Source of the DNA: Candidatus Zixiibacteriota bacterium
GTDB taxonomy: Bacteria; Zixibacteria; MSB-5A5; GN15; FEB-12
Assembly (NCBI GenBank): GCA_003641415.1
Contig: QNAG01000001.1
Location: forward strand, 1-33,574
Direction: 5' to 3'
DNA: 33,574 nt
A program made the translations under genes and the position numbers. The notes below the pieces were generated by a model. It was given only the letters and a program-made list of their open reading frames with translations. It had not been told where the DNA came from and did not search any database. The first letter of the stretch is position 1, and the number at the start of each line of letters is the position of its first letter. Of this stretch, positions 33,183 to 33,574 are shown piece by piece.

Positions 33183-33574
33183 TCAAAGATATGGTGACCT
33201 TCGCATCAAGTCAACAATGGCTGGCGACGGAGTTCTCATCCAAAGATTCCGGTGTCTTTTAATGGCTCTTCTTGATGATTTCACTTGCAATCCTAATTCC
33301 CTTGAGTTATTTGAAACACTGAGAACTATCGCCTTGATGACCGTGTGATCAACAGAGAAGGGAAACAAAGTAGAACCGTGAACACCTCCAGACACAGGAT
33401 GAAATAGCCATGACCAGCCAATTGCGTTTTGATGTTGCCGATCAGCGTATCGCATATACAGGGATGCAAAAGGAATTCCCAGCCAGTAAGAACCGTATCA
33501 TTGAGTTCAATCTCCGACACAGTCCCATATTTGATCTGTATGATATCTCCCTTTTGGAAACTAATGTCATTGTA
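33183..33574 (-). pseudogene. Possible frame-disrupted or edge-truncated gene (two overlapping minus-strand reading frames); very uncertain
   Basis: An open frame enters from the right edge (YNDISFQKGDIIQIKYGTVSEIELNDTVLTGWEF...) and stops at 33326. A second frame (33183..33455 in the track, open from about 33490) continues as ...HGSTLFPFSVDHTVIKAIVLSVSNNSRELG... I recognised no family in either frame. Confidence 0.2.

Noticed and set aside
1-33574. Mobile elements, CRISPR arrays, tRNA/rRNA genes, defence islands
   Set aside because: I looked for several signatures: repeated spacer-repeat periodicity, terminal inverted repeats, T-loop GGTTCGAATCC-type motifs, and transposase, integrase, RT, nuclease or ATPase-type ORFs. 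I found none. All long ORFs are housekeeping, envelope or signalling types. The many other track ORFs of 60-160 aa inside long genes are antisense or out-of-frame shadows.

Overview
This 33.6-kb window looks like an ordinary chromosomal segment, not an island. I recognised no rRNA, tRNA, CRISPR array, transposase, integrase or phage genes. It carries about 24 credible protein genes, mostly on the minus strand. The source is probably a diderm bacterium. Its gene content (DUF5686/CarboxypepD_reg protein, C69 dipeptidase, TolB-propeller/Omp85 fusion) suggests an uncultivated FCB-superphylum-like lineage that still uses Shine-Dalgarno sites; this taxonomic guess is inference only.

Recognisable genes:
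- a class I/II aminotransferase, truncated at the window edge
- a soluble PAS histidine kinase
- a class V aminotransferase/cysteine desulfurase
- a CBS-pair protein followed by a DASS/SLC13 permease
- an orphan LivK-type binding protein
- a GT-C-like membrane glycosyltransferase
- a C69 dipeptidase
- a DUF5686 outer-membrane protein
- a 1100-aa HExxH/TolB/Omp85 fusion
- murA
- DUF4416-like, GYD, DUF2064 and creatininase-family proteins
- an M32 carboxypeptidase
- an operon of a 1445-aa FG-GAP-propeller/5xPAS histidine kinase and a sigma54-dependent (NtrC-type) response regulator
- a GT-B-like glycosyltransferase

The parts that annotation does not explain are non-coding or involve small ORFs:
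1. Two near-identical, correctly spaced sigma54 (-24/-12) promoters sit in front of a compact cassette of three uncharacterised small proteins (7778-9115).
2. Immediately upstream of that cassette is an ORF-free, hairpin-dense stretch of 340-480 nt ending in a strong intrinsic terminator (9262-9740). It is a candidate structured RNA that I could not assign to any family.
3. A 370-bp GC-enriched intergenic block contains a 22-bp tandem repeat (2118-2491).
4. A 627-bp ORF-free gap contains a candidate sRNA of about 155 nt (21158-21784).

Nothing here can be shown to be a new system from sequence alone. The sigma54 cassette together with the adjacent structured RNA is my best candidate.
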